Shown: positions 39,501 through 48,553 of the stretch, piece after piece
Position numbering within the stretch: position 1 is the first letter of the stretch
Layout of the letters: every line of letters starts with the position of its first letter
Source of the DNA: a virus
Length of the DNA: 64,000 bases
Virus record (IMG/VR): IMGVR_UViG_3300037424_001778
Span: 45,586-109,585 of that record
Reading direction: 5' to 3' (one strand)
Translations under genes and position numbers: made by a program
The notes under the pieces: model-generated
Database searches by the model: none
The model's input: the letters and a program-made list of their open reading frames with translations, nothing else
Told to the model about the DNA's origin: nothing

Positions 39501-40482
39501 CTTCTGGACGCGAAAAATGCGCGTCATCGCTAATTATTACAGTGTCACCATACTTGCGCGCCATCGCCATGATGAATTGGTTGGCTCCAAACTGGAGGTC
39601 TCCACCAGGATTGGTTGGGGAGCAGTCATTGACGACCCATCCCTCCTTCTTGGTGACAGCCCTGAAGGCCAATGGCCTCTCGAGGACTGTCCACGCACGG
39701 GCCTCCATGACCTCCAAGATGGACTGGTGCTTCTGTACGGTGCCCTGTGGGTCTTTTTTGTACTCGGCCGCCAGGTCCTCTGCCTTGATTCCGTCTCCAC
39801 CAACTACCGTCTTGAGCTTCTTCCAAGGGCGAAAGGTAGAAGTCTTCCCGTCCTCTTCCGCCACCTCCACCTTGGATTCCCAGTTGCGGTCACAGACATG
39901 CGGGAAGACCTCGGCGTACCAATTGCCTGGTTTGAAGGTGCTGCGCAGACGCTCATAGTACTTCATGGCGCTGACGGGGTCCTTGCGCATCAAATGCCGC
40001 GAGACTGCGCCTATTAAACATCCTGAGCCGGCCGTGACGTTATATTGTCCGAGAGTTTCAATGTGCTGCCAGGTGAACAATGGCTTGCGTTCCGACCCGT
40101 GCCACTCTGCCCGTAGGTCTGCATCACTCACTGCCCGAGAAAGAGCCGAATAGGCCTCTTCGTCGAGACAATGTAGGGTGATGTGGCCGTACTTAAATCC
40201 GTCCCAAATGCCGTCCTTCGACTTCTGGACCCCGGCCGATGTAAGTATGGAACACTCATCGTCCCTCATGTAAGCTTCTATGCCCAAAATGGGCTTGAGC
40301 TTGCCTTTGAACTTCCCGGATGTACACAGGTCGTAGACGGTACGTGTAGCCTGAAGTGTTCCGTGGTCGGTGGATGTAAGATATCCAGTTCCCAACTCGG
40401 TTTCGCGCTTGGCGAAGTTCTCGATTGTGCTCGCAGTGTCTAGGCTCTGGGTGTGTACGTGTGGGGACGGAAAGTTTTTCAT
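36559..40482 (-). CDS. dnaE: DNA polymerase III alpha subunit (family C)
   Basis: PHP motifs HVHTQSLD and TDHG; GPGRGSAAG; PDIDND; KIDFL; YSFNLSHAVAY. Confidence 0.95.
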   Translation of the reverse strand: MKNFPSPHVHTQSLDTASTIENFAKRETELGTGYLTSTDHGTLQATRTVYDLCTSGKFKGKLKPILGIEAYMRDDECSILTSAGVQKSKDGIWDGFKYGHITLHCLDEEAYSALSRAVSDADLRAEWHGSERKPLFTWQHIETLGQYNVTAGSGCLIGAVSRHLMRKDPVSAMKYYERLRSTFKPGNWYAEVFPHVCDRNWESKVEVAEEDGKTSTFRPWKKLKTVVGGDGIKAEDLAAEYKKDPQGTVQKHQSILEVMEARAWTVLERPLAFRAVTKKEGWVVNDCSPTNPGGDLQFGANQFIMAMARKYGDTVIISDDAHFSRPEEKIVQDVRLGQSGSWRMANSYHRRSSDEAFEYFRDNMGVPQAQFEGWIENGLEWANRFKDFKFSPRQTLPVSFYPQDTLRYTMGLIKKHGRMDWGNQAAVARLDEEIKLLYKNGSIDLLPYFMVVEEALFQYHKAGVLTGPGRGSAAGCRLAYLLGITHIDPLPYNLSLDRFLTLDRIATGKFPDIDNDLASREILVGPEDQGGWLKERFGDCVAQISVITTFKLKNSIKDVFRAFDRQSGNPEPRVPQEIEAVCKALPDSPQGVSDKEFVFGYTDNSDEWIPGLTETNQVLQRFISKYPKEWGAVQLLLGLGKNASRHPCGFLIANEPIQNFIPLMTVGKVRVTSFGSAGVEASGGLKIDFLNINSLRDIEGAIKNIQARHGTGGQLQIDEHGVALALVDGKKVPAVRLIPYGGRQYDVWDLPEDIEVYKDICQGRVETVFQFDAGAARQGLRHFETEDGSPALRSINDLAAFTALDRPGPLDATVTDESGNSHNMLVEFARRSKGLKPVGAVPVLDKMLPETKGTIVYQEQCQRIFQDLGHTTAIQANEFRYRFSKKKMVDVDKIDRPIFLEGATPELGPDTARKIWDMLYAFAGYSFNLSHAVAYVTISYACAWLKHNFPLEWWTAVLSNAKRNEIDEKFWRYCGHLIDLPDVSLSKAGFDIQNERIRAPLSLLHGLGDKAHEQLLAGAPYSSLRDLLEKIEQWKVDHPRTTQKKDKKTRETKTVQAKGVSAISSTVVQNLIVSGAMDSLFPATDESGCPMTVQQRLVQYIFTARDVCGGKKKINSFAAKFDLQSPLIRLQLRKKVLPAYSTKLLPLVQKALPYRISGNKLLTFVSEGDRVLEDGSKEHWVGDVSDEWRIVTEQQFERLSDLGPMEGELDIAMIAYVVADRRFDYKQRSTGEPRTASELTLDVDGRRVSVVKWPSKEGLPSAFDSTLAGSIVACLFNRGRGSKDFFLCDVMMLQQSLNTKADKEESA

Positions 40483-40654
40483 TGGCAGGTCTCAGAGCTA
40501 TATAGCGCAAAACGACAAAATCGAGAAGTTACGGAACAATTAGATTGTCGCACTCGATTCTTCCAACGATACGACAAAATGATACAAAAGGCAAGGACGT
40601 TGAACTGAACGGAGCGAAGAAGGTAGCGAGCCCAACCCAACAGCCTTCTGGTCC

Positions 40655-40894
40655 TCATACCTTCACCTTCATGACGTGACGAATGGACCTGATTACCCGT
40701 TCTACTGTCTCCTTGACTTCGTCTTCCGTCATCTGAAGGGCCTGAGCGATGAGTCGAACGCCACGGGCGTCGTCTGGTACTCCGTTGGGATACTTTTCCA
40801 AGAACGACTCTAGGCTGTTCCCATAACGCTTTAGAGCTATGAAGTCTGGGTTCGTGTCTATTTGATTTCTAATCTGTGATGGGTCGTTGAGCAT
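40655..40894 (-). CDS. Small hypothetical protein, possibly HTH
   Basis: 'LIAQALQMTEDEVKETVER'. Confidence 0.4.
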   Translation of the reverse strand: MLNDPSQIRNQIDTNPDFIALKRYGNSLESFLEKYPNGVPDDARGVRLIAQALQMTEDEVKETVERVIRSIRHVMKVKV

Positions 40895-40969
40895 GAGGGA
40901 ACTCCAGAATGTTGTTTGGTGCAGCCACTTCGCAGTCTACCTCTGCCGTATATCAAGCAGCTTCTCATA

Positions 40970-42070
40970 TCAACGGTCCACCCAAATTGGTGCCTGGGTG
41001 CAGAGCCGCCCACCGTCTCGTTCGTGGACAACAAAGAAAGCTTGTTGAGGTGGCTCCGGGCTAGCAGCAATGCGCTGCGCGAAAGAATTAAAGCCAATCA
41101 AACTACCATTCCCAATGATGTCGGCACCAGGGAGGTATTGGTGAAAGTGGCCGAGTGCCGTCAAGTTCGCTCGAATCCCTCTCTCCCAGCCAGCAATCAT
41201 ACGCCGAAGAGGAATCGTCAGTCCGCCAATTCCGCCCGCGTACTTGCACTCGTATCCGTGGAGCAGACGCATGGTGAATGAGTCAAAGAACCGTCGATAG
41301 ACGATACCGCCATCGGCCAGGGAGATATTGACTCGAGGGTTGCCCATGAAACGCTCTACGATTCGGGCATAGGTAACGGTCTCGAGTGACGTGGCAACCA
41401 CATTGGCTGATCTAATCTTCATGGTTAGTCGGCCATGGTTCCCAGGCAGCGCGTCTCCGACGATGTTGTACTTGGAGTTCTTCAGCCAGTACGCAATCCC
41501 ACTAGCCAGCATGTCACCTGCGAACATCGCGGCTTCGACCGGAGACATGGAGTTGACCTCGCGCCCTTCCTCATGAATCCACCCAGAGAAGAAATCCCCG
41601 AGCAGGCCGAGGTAAATGGTGTCGATTTCCGATTCCTTGGCCGCGATGTCGACCAGCTTGAGTGCGTTGCGGAAGAAGGTTTCGCTGCGCACTTTGGCAA
41701 TGGCTGGATTGTATTCGTTGAGGCCGTTGACGACTCGTGGCTTCACGACCTCGTCTACGTGCCAGTCTGATGCGAGGACGCACGCGACCGCCCTCTTCCC
41801 ACCCACCGAGAACGAGGGTTTGCCTAGGCTGCGAATCACGGGCAGACCGATACTCGAAAAGACACCCAGCTCTTGTCGAAGCTGTTCGTTTTCCGCTAGA
41901 GCTTGCGCTAGGGCTTTGTCCTTGAGTTTTGCTTGTGCTGCTTTGGCCTGCTCAGCGCGCTCTACCTTGGCTGCGTCTAGCTCGGTGGGTGGTCGTCGCA
42001 TAGGGGCCTTTCTGTTACTTCGTCTCGGGGGTGGCGAGGACTTCGGCGGGGGCTGGCTTCTGAACCACAT
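40970..42070 (-). CDS. Calcineurin-like metallophosphoesterase
   Basis: SDWH, LGD, GNHG, HG, GHFH motifs. Confidence 0.8.
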   Translation of the reverse strand: MWFRSQPPPKSSPPPRRSNRKAPMRRPPTELDAAKVERAEQAKAAQAKLKDKALAQALAENEQLRQELGVFSSIGLPVIRSLGKPSFSVGGKRAVACVLASDWHVDEVVKPRVVNGLNEYNPAIAKVRSETFFRNALKLVDIAAKESEIDTIYLGLLGDFFSGWIHEEGREVNSMSPVEAAMFAGDMLASGIAYWLKNSKYNIVGDALPGNHGRLTMKIRSANVVATSLETVTYARIVERFMGNPRVNISLADGGIVYRRFFDSFTMRLLHGYECKYAGGIGGLTIPLRRMIAGWERGIRANLTALGHFHQYLPGADIIGNGSLIGFNSFAQRIAASPEPPQQAFFVVHERDGGRLCTQAPIWVDR

Positions 42071-43499
42071 CGTAGAACTCGACGACCTCGAAGGTGTGGC
42101 CGCTGGTGCTGGTGATGGTGGCTCCGACTCCCTTGCCCATCAACGAAGCTCGGAATTCTGGCATGACTTGGGATACCGCAAACTGCTTACGTGCTCCGAA
42201 CTGAAGAGGGTGGCCGTCCTTGCCCTTTTCGGTGAAGACCAGGTAAGAGGTCTCCCCGATGGCGTCGGCTGCCTTGAGTTCCCCGTTGGCCAGACCGTCA
42301 GCGATTTGCTTTGTTTGGGCAACGCGGTTGCGTTCATCGTCCCCAGACCGGTTCTGGGCCAGCGTTTCCCCGACTGAGTCGAGACCGACGACGTCGACTG
42401 TCGCACGGACCAGCTCGCTCATGGCGTCTACCTTAGCGTGGATGTCCTTGAGTGCGTTGTTGGTTGAGTCGATGACGGTCTGTACGACCTTGTTGCTGGA
42501 GTCTGCGATGGACTGTAGAGCGTCCTCAAGAGCTTTCACTTGTCGCTCCAGCTCTGTTACGCGCTGGACCGCGTTGCGTGCGTTCTTTGATGCTAGGTGG
42601 GCTTCGGTATTGGAAAACGTCATTTACATGCTCCTTGGTTATTGTGCCATCACTGCTGCTGCTAATCCCGCTATGCCTACACCACCACCCTCTGCTGTTT
42701 GTCCACCTTGAGCCGTCGCGCCCGTTACGTTGATTGCACCGGCATTCAGAGCGTTCTGGGCCTGCTGTGCTGCGATGGTGGCGATTGCCATCGCGTTAAG
42801 CGGGGGGTGGGGCTGTGGTCCGTTTTTGGGGCGTGCTGGGCGGGTGACGTTCTTCATGTAGAATTCACCGGCGTCGTTGGTGACCATCAAGTACTTGAGG
42901 CCGTTTTCGCCAATGTAGACTTTTTGGTCTCCTTCCATCACCACCTTGTAGGTGCGGGAAGTCCCGTCCTTTTGTGGCATGCGGAAGACTTCGCCCGTCT
43001 CTTTTGCTGCCGGCTTGGCTTTGGGGGCTTCTTTTGGTTTGGGCTGCTGACTGACCGGCTTTTTGACTTCAGGGGGCTTGGGAGACTGCGGGGCTGACGC
43101 ACGCTTGAGCTGGGGAGATGAGGGAGGCTGAACGGCAATCCCACCCAGCTCTGGACGCTTGAGGAGCTTTTGGGCCATCTTCTTGAGAATATCGATTTCT
43201 TCGGCGGTAAAGACAGACGCCGGGTCTGTAGCTGCGGCCCTGAGCCCTAGGAGGACGGACAACCTTTCCCGACTGAAGGTTTGGATTTCCTTCACGACCT
43301 CCAGGGCTGTTGGTGAGGAGTCGCCCTCGAAGATGGGCTCCTTGATGAGCACCTCGTAATACTTGGCCTTGGCGAATCGTCGTTCTGCCTCGCACAGAAG
43401 GTCTTCAACTTGCGTCTCTTCTGTGGGAGCAGACTCGAATGATGCTTGCGGGCCGACCGTGTCGGGCTCATCTTCGCCGGTCATGAAATTAAATGCCAT
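42015..43499 (-). CDS. Two hypothetical genes (42015-42623 coiled coil with FKBP/trigger-factor-like tail; 42639-43499)
   Basis: ORF track; 'MPEFRASLMGKGVGAT' is only weakly FKBP-like. Confidence 0.45.
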
Positions 43500-43531
43500 G
43501 TGTAACTCCGTTCGGCCCGCATTCTAGCATA

Positions 43532-44734
43532 CTACTTACCGGTACTTCCAAATCCAGCTTCGCCGCGCTCGCTGTCGGACAGTTCTGTCACCTGGACGAT
43601 CTCCAAGTTGACAATTGGCCGAGGAACGAGCTGTACCACGCGAGCGGGTAGAGCCAAATCAGGAGCATCAGGATTTGTTTTGATGAGGGCTACAAGTATC
43701 TCTCCGACGTACGACCTATCAATTACCCCAACAGAGTTGGCGAGCATGTATCCCGTCTTGATGATACTAGACCTTGGCAGAAGGTCAAAATAGTACCCAA
43801 ACGGTGGTGAGACCTTTATCCCTGTACCGTACAGAGTTACGTTCCCTAGTTTTCTGACTTCTTTGATGACGGCCACATCATATCCGCTATCAGAAGCATT
43901 ATGCTTGATGAGCGGAAGAGCCGCAGCGTCTGTGGTCGAATACATGAGTCCGCGACTAGAAATGCAGAAGCCCTTCGTCAACACAGGGACCCAGAGGCTC
44001 CAATCCACAAAAATGTCGCGCTTCCTGGATAGGTAAGGGAAGGTTGTGTCTGCGTATAGCTTGCCAAGAAAGTCGAGAGCGGCTACACCCGTCCATTTCA
44101 CCTGTTTGTTTTTGGGATCATCTTTCGCTCCCGCCGAGTTCTGAATAAAAAACTCTCGGATGTATGGCGAGTAGGACGCTACATTACATTCTGGGGTTCT
44201 TGTTCCACTCGGAAGCCTAACGCTACCGTCCCCATCGAAAAACCCTCGCATAAACGCCCACTTTAAGTTTGAGTCGGTCGTTTGAAGTGGCTCGACTATA
44301 GCGTCTTTTTTGACATCTACCGGAAGGCCAAGGTGGCGAGCCGCATCGTGTGCTAGCTGGGTTGAGTTAAGGGACAACCCCCACATCACCTTCTTTGACT
44401 TTATTAGCCTAGGCCCATTGTGTCCGACAAGGGCTGCAAGACTGGACAATATTTGCCTGTCTTTGGCGTGGACAGTTATGACCACACTGTCGTGGTTTAC
44501 ATGCCCGTCAGACGCAATCCACCCCAACAAATACGCCTTGTCTGGTGAATCGATTGCAGCCAAGTAGGAGTCATTTAGGTTCGGATGACGGCAATTGGGA
44601 TTGCCCCTTCCTGTTCTCCACTCTGGCGTAATATAATTGACGTCACCGTGGCGCCGATATCGGCGATAGTGCATTCCGCACCATCCACGTTTTTCGGCTG
44701 TTTTCCCGCAGCCTTCTATGGAGCACTTTTTCAT
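43532..44734 (-). CDS. dut: LAGLIDADG endonuclease fused in frame to a trimeric dUTPase
   Basis: N-terminal C/H Zn finger; 'AYLLGWIASDG' and 'AFMRGFFDGDG'; C-terminal dUTPase motifs SGYD, PRSS, GVIDRSYVGE, RGEAGFGSTG. Confidence 0.85.
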   Translation of the reverse strand: MKKCSIEGCGKTAEKRGWCGMHYRRYRRHGDVNYITPEWRTGRGNPNCRHPNLNDSYLAAIDSPDKAYLLGWIASDGHVNHDSVVITVHAKDRQILSSLAALVGHNGPRLIKSKKVMWGLSLNSTQLAHDAARHLGLPVDVKKDAIVEPLQTTDSNLKWAFMRGFFDGDGSVRLPSGTRTPECNVASYSPYIREFFIQNSAGAKDDPKNKQVKWTGVAALDFLGKLYADTTFPYLSRKRDIFVDWSLWVPVLTKGFCISSRGLMYSTTDAAALPLIKHNASDSGYDVAVIKEVRKLGNVTLYGTGIKVSPPFGYYFDLLPRSSIIKTGYMLANSVGVIDRSYVGEILVALIKTNPDAPDLALPARVVQLVPRPIVNLEIVQVTELSDSERGEAGFGSTGK

Positions 44735-44771
44735 TCATTTCCTCGCTTTGGGCGCAGCCTACCAGAATCCA

Positions 44772-46436
44772 TTAGGCTCCGCAAGTCCCACGGTTCGTCA
44801 AAGAGCAAACGTCAGCTTGTTCCTCAACGAAGACTTTTCCCGTCTTGGACATGGCGGTCTGGTAGTTCACCACATTCAATGGTTGGCCATCGCGAGCCCC
44901 GTCTGGATAGAAGGTCACTCCGCGCAGTTTTGGAAGGTATTTCATCAGCATGGTGCCGATGGAACGTACGGTCTCTTCGTTATTATTTTCAGTACCCCAA
45001 GGAGGAAGGTTGACGGTAGAGCTGATGGCATGGTCGACGTATTTTTGCATCCAGGCCTGGAAAGCGACGCGGCGCTCGATGTTCTCAGCCAGAGCGTATG
45101 CGTCTTCGATTGCTTCCGGCTTGATACCAGACTCAATCAGACGACGCGCTACCGGGTCAATCACATACTCGTAATGGACCACGGTCCCCTTGTAATAGCG
45201 ACGCTTGTAGGCAACGCAGAACAAGGGCTCGATACCACCGATGGTGCCGGAAACGATGCTGGTCGTGCCGTTAGGCGCGATGGCTCGTGTGCGCTTGGGC
45301 TTGGAGAGCCCCCACTGCTTGGCGAAGGGAGCTGCTGCCGTCCCGCTGGTGGCGTAGACCTCCATGAGCTTCTCGAGGTCGCTGTCGGGGCCGTACACCT
45401 TGCCGTGCGTCAGTAGCCATTCATGCACTCCCATCAAGCCTAAGCCGAGTAGGCGATTCTTGGTTCGCACTTTGTCTACATCTGGGTACGGCACATCAGA
45501 GTACACAGACCCAGCCAGCAAAAAGGCTGTGCCTAGCTCTACCAGCTCCTTCATGTGCTCGACGTCGCGTACTCGAGACAGGTTGATTGAACCTAGATTG
45601 CACACGTCGTCGCTGGTGTCAGAAGTGACCTCACAGCAGGCGTTTCGAAGGGAATTATTTGAGTTGACTCCAGTGTCGATGCTGAACCCCGGCTCGCCCT
45701 TCTTGAGGGCCTGACGCAGAACCTCCCAATAGATTGTGCTGGCGAGAGAGTTCTGTGGGTGCTTGGGGTCCTTGAACGCGTCGAAGAATTCGTCGTCTAG
45801 AATGACAGACACGTTGGTCATGTCTAGGGTGGCTGGGAAGTTGAAGTCCTTTGCCTTGAGGGCCCGGACCTCGGGCGACCAATCCTTGCCGTGGACGAAT
45901 TCCATAGCGTCTGGGTGCCACCAGTGGATGCCAGCAAAAATGGCCGACCTACGGCTTCCGCCCTGCATTACTTCGCGACCAACCTCGTTAATCATCTTGG
46001 CGAGAGGAAAGGGGCCCGAAGCGAGACCTCCCGTCTTGCGGATTGGAAGCCCCTTGGCTCTCACATCACTATAGACAATGCCGATGCCGGCTCCAGTCAT
46101 CAAAGCCATGGACGACTTCTGGAGAAGTTCTGCCCATCCCTCACGAGAATCGGTCGCACGCAGCAAAAGGCAATTGCAGGTTTGGTGGAATGGCCTCCCG
46201 GCAGCATACAAATATCGCCCTCCTGGGACGAATTCGCGATTGAGAATCGCCTTCTCTATGCGCTGGACCAGCTCCTTTGGCGCGTCTACGGCTCCCATTA
46301 CGTGCTTGGCTACGCGATGTGAAAGCTGGGCCCAGGTCTCCTTCGTGCCGTCCTTCAGGTCCCACAGGTAACGCAACTTGGCGATGTTATGTGCAAAGCT
46401 GCTATTGAACCCGTCATTCGGCTGAGTGTCTGGCAT
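44772..46436 (-). CDS. nrdJ: Class II (adenosylcobalamin-dependent) ribonucleotide reductase
   Basis: PGGR, GGSRRSA, NACCE, CNLGS, AIAPNGT, C-terminal Cys pair; no beta subunit in window. Confidence 0.8.
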   Translation of the reverse strand: MPDTQPNDGFNSSFAHNIAKLRYLWDLKDGTKETWAQLSHRVAKHVMGAVDAPKELVQRIEKAILNREFVPGGRYLYAAGRPFHQTCNCLLLRATDSREGWAELLQKSSMALMTGAGIGIVYSDVRAKGLPIRKTGGLASGPFPLAKMINEVGREVMQGGSRRSAIFAGIHWWHPDAMEFVHGKDWSPEVRALKAKDFNFPATLDMTNVSVILDDEFFDAFKDPKHPQNSLASTIYWEVLRQALKKGEPGFSIDTGVNSNNSLRNACCEVTSDTSDDVCNLGSINLSRVRDVEHMKELVELGTAFLLAGSVYSDVPYPDVDKVRTKNRLLGLGLMGVHEWLLTHGKVYGPDSDLEKLMEVYATSGTAAAPFAKQWGLSKPKRTRAIAPNGTTSIVSGTIGGIEPLFCVAYKRRYYKGTVVHYEYVIDPVARRLIESGIKPEAIEDAYALAENIERRVAFQAWMQKYVDHAISSTVNLPPWGTENNNEETVRSIGTMLMKYLPKLRGVTFYPDGARDGQPLNVVNYQTAMSKTGKVFVEEQADVCSLTNRGTCGA

Positions 46437-46437
46437 G

Positions 46438-47124
46438 TTACTTTCCTTGTTTGTTAAATACGTCCTTGTTGCTCAAGACATGGCATCCTAACAGATAGGC
46501 TTTGACCTGACAATGAGCATCGGCTACGTCGTCGTCGCCCTTCTTGAAGTTTGTATTCCAGGTCGCATTGCAGTAGGCTACAGATATGCTCTTCTTGTCG
46601 ACCTTGCCATGAATACACATCTTGCGTAGCTGGGCTTTGTGAGCATCTAGTTTATCCTTGGCCGCCTTCTTCGCTGCCTTGTCTGGTACCGCTGCCAGCT
46701 CCTTTTGGAGCCTCTTCAGCTCCAGCAAGAACGGCTTGGCTCGCTTGCGCGTCTCAGCCACCGACAGGCCCAGAGTTTTCCGCCAATCCGAGGTGTTGAT
46801 GTAATGGATAGGCAGGGAGGGGAGCGTCTTGACCACTGTATAGTGAAGCATGTCTAAAATTTTCTGGGCGTGACGACTCCCGAAGCGACTAGACGTCTTG
46901 TTGATTTCCTCTATCACTATATCTGTGACGCCTGGGAACTTCAACAGTAGGGCGAAGACTTGGGTCGCGATGTCATCCGCTACCAAGATGAAGTTGCGCG
47001 GGTATTCGGCTACGTCCCATCCAATACGTTTGGTAATGGTCCCGCAATGCGCCGGCACGCCATCGACAAAAATGGCCCAGCCGGTTGAAGTACTCAAATC
47101 TAGACCTAAAATGGTGTTTGACAT
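46438..47124 (-). CDS. RuvC-like Holliday junction resolvase
   Basis: ILGLDLSTSTG, VIEE, DDVADA acidic triad. Confidence 0.75.
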   Translation of the reverse strand: MSNTILGLDLSTSTGWAIFVDGVPAHCGTITKRIGWDVAEYPRNFILVADDIATQVFALLLKFPGVTDIVIEEINKTSSRFGSRHAQKILDMLHYTVVKTLPSLPIHYINTSDWRKTLGLSVAETRKRAKPFLLELKRLQKELAAVPDKAAKKAAKDKLDAHKAQLRKMCIHGKVDKKSISVAYCNATWNTNFKKGDDDVADAHCQVKAYLLGCHVLSNKDVFNKQGK

Positions 47125-47624
47125 CCCACCATTCTAACACACCAAAAACTGCGCGCCGACTTGAACGGCACATCGACCCACTTCGATGAGACGAGACGGA
47201 AGCCGTCCGTGGGAATGGCTTGTCGTCTGGCTGCTGGAGCCCTTCCAGCTCAACGCAGTTTGATTCTACGAGATCAACGCGAACTTGTCAAGCTTGCTCA
47301 TCGTTACCACCTTGCCACTGTTTGGTGCGTTGGACGGCCTTTGTGTATGCCTTCAAGCACCCAAGCAGATACTCAGCCAACACGAAATCTGGCGTATTGG
47401 AAAAGGTCTCCTTGGCGTGCTTGTTCAGCAGCATGGTCAACTCGTACTGGAGAGAGGATTCAGTCATGAGGTCGAATCCCAAATCGCCATAGAGATACCG
47501 CAATACATAACCACGGCAATCGTGCCAAACCCGACAACAATTGGCCACATGAACGCACATGCCACGTACACAGCAATACACATCCACGCTAGGGCGAACT
47601 TCCCAACGCGCTCTTGTGTATGGG

Positions 47625-48014
47625 TCATGACGACTTGACCACCAATGTCACATCGCCCATGTCACTTCGGAACTCCTGGACTGCTGCATCAAGGCCCGAG
47701 TCACCGGTCGACTTGCCGTTGTTGTCGAGGTGCTGGCGAAGGTACCCAACCATCAGCTTGTGCTGCTTGTAGTGGGGGCTATAGCTCTCCATCGCGGCCT
47801 TGACCGCCGCCTTCTTCTCCTGGAGGTCTCCGTCGTTCTCCTCGGCCTCCTTGAGGGCTGCGTTGTCGAGTGTTACCTTTGCAATTCGGTCCCGAACCGC
47901 TTTTTCGTCGTTGCCGAGCGCGTCAATCTCGTCGCGCCAATCCTGCGGCAGTGCGTCAAATGGATTGCTCTTTGCCTTACGTACGCCGTTTTTGCTGCCC
48001 TTTGGTCTACCCAT
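47625..48014 (-). CDS. AT-hook-containing coiled-coil protein
   Basis: N-terminal GRPKGSKN. Confidence 0.45.
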   Translation of the reverse strand: MGRPKGSKNGVRKAKSNPFDALPQDWRDEIDALGNDEKAVRDRIAKVTLDNAALKEAEENDGDLQEKKAAVKAAMESYSPHYKQHKLMVGYLRQHLDNNGKSTGDSGLDAAVQEFRSDMGDVTLVVKSS

Positions 48015-48019
48015 TGTAT

Positions 48020-48553
48020 TTACTCCTTGACTTCTGTGTTGGTTGCCGCTCTTTGGGAGCGAACGAATCCTGCTGGCGCCTCTCCCTTGAATTTTGCCAC
48101 GACGTCGAAAGACGCCTTGGGTCCCAATAGCTTATTGGGGTCAAGCATCACCTCGTAGCCACCCGAGGAATTAATGCGATTGATGCGAATCAGCCCCCGC
48201 CCCAGCATCTCCCTAAAAATCGCCACATCGGTTCCCATGGCCTCTATTTCCCTGGAAGTACCGAACATCGTAACTTCGTATATCTTCTTCATACTCATCG
48301 AATCCTCCTTGTTAGAATCGTACTATCATTCCACATTCTCCTCGATTCCTACCTCGATGTCAACCCCAACATTCGGCCCACCCGCATTGGCATGCAAAAA
48401 CTGCGTGCAGGCCTCCATCCAAGCGATTGTGACGCGCTGGTCCGAAGTGAGGTAGTCAGCGCTGCCCGGAAGACTAGTCTCGACCGGCATCGAGTGCCAA
48501 CGTGACATCGCATTACCGCGAATCTCCAGCAACTGCCTAGGGGTGAGTTTCAT
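48020..48553 (-). CDS. Two small hypothetical genes (48020-48298, 48326-48553)
   Basis: ORFs with AGGAGG SD or ATGA overlap. Confidence 0.5.

Noticed and set aside
40483-40654. ACGACAAAAT twice (40512, 40571) upstream of dnaE
   Set aside because: Only two 10-mers in an A-rich gap; cannot distinguish an operator from chance.
36559-46436. Inteins in DnaE, RNR or dUTPase
   Set aside because: No C/S-start and HN-C/S/T splice-junction pattern recognised; RNR is of minimal length.
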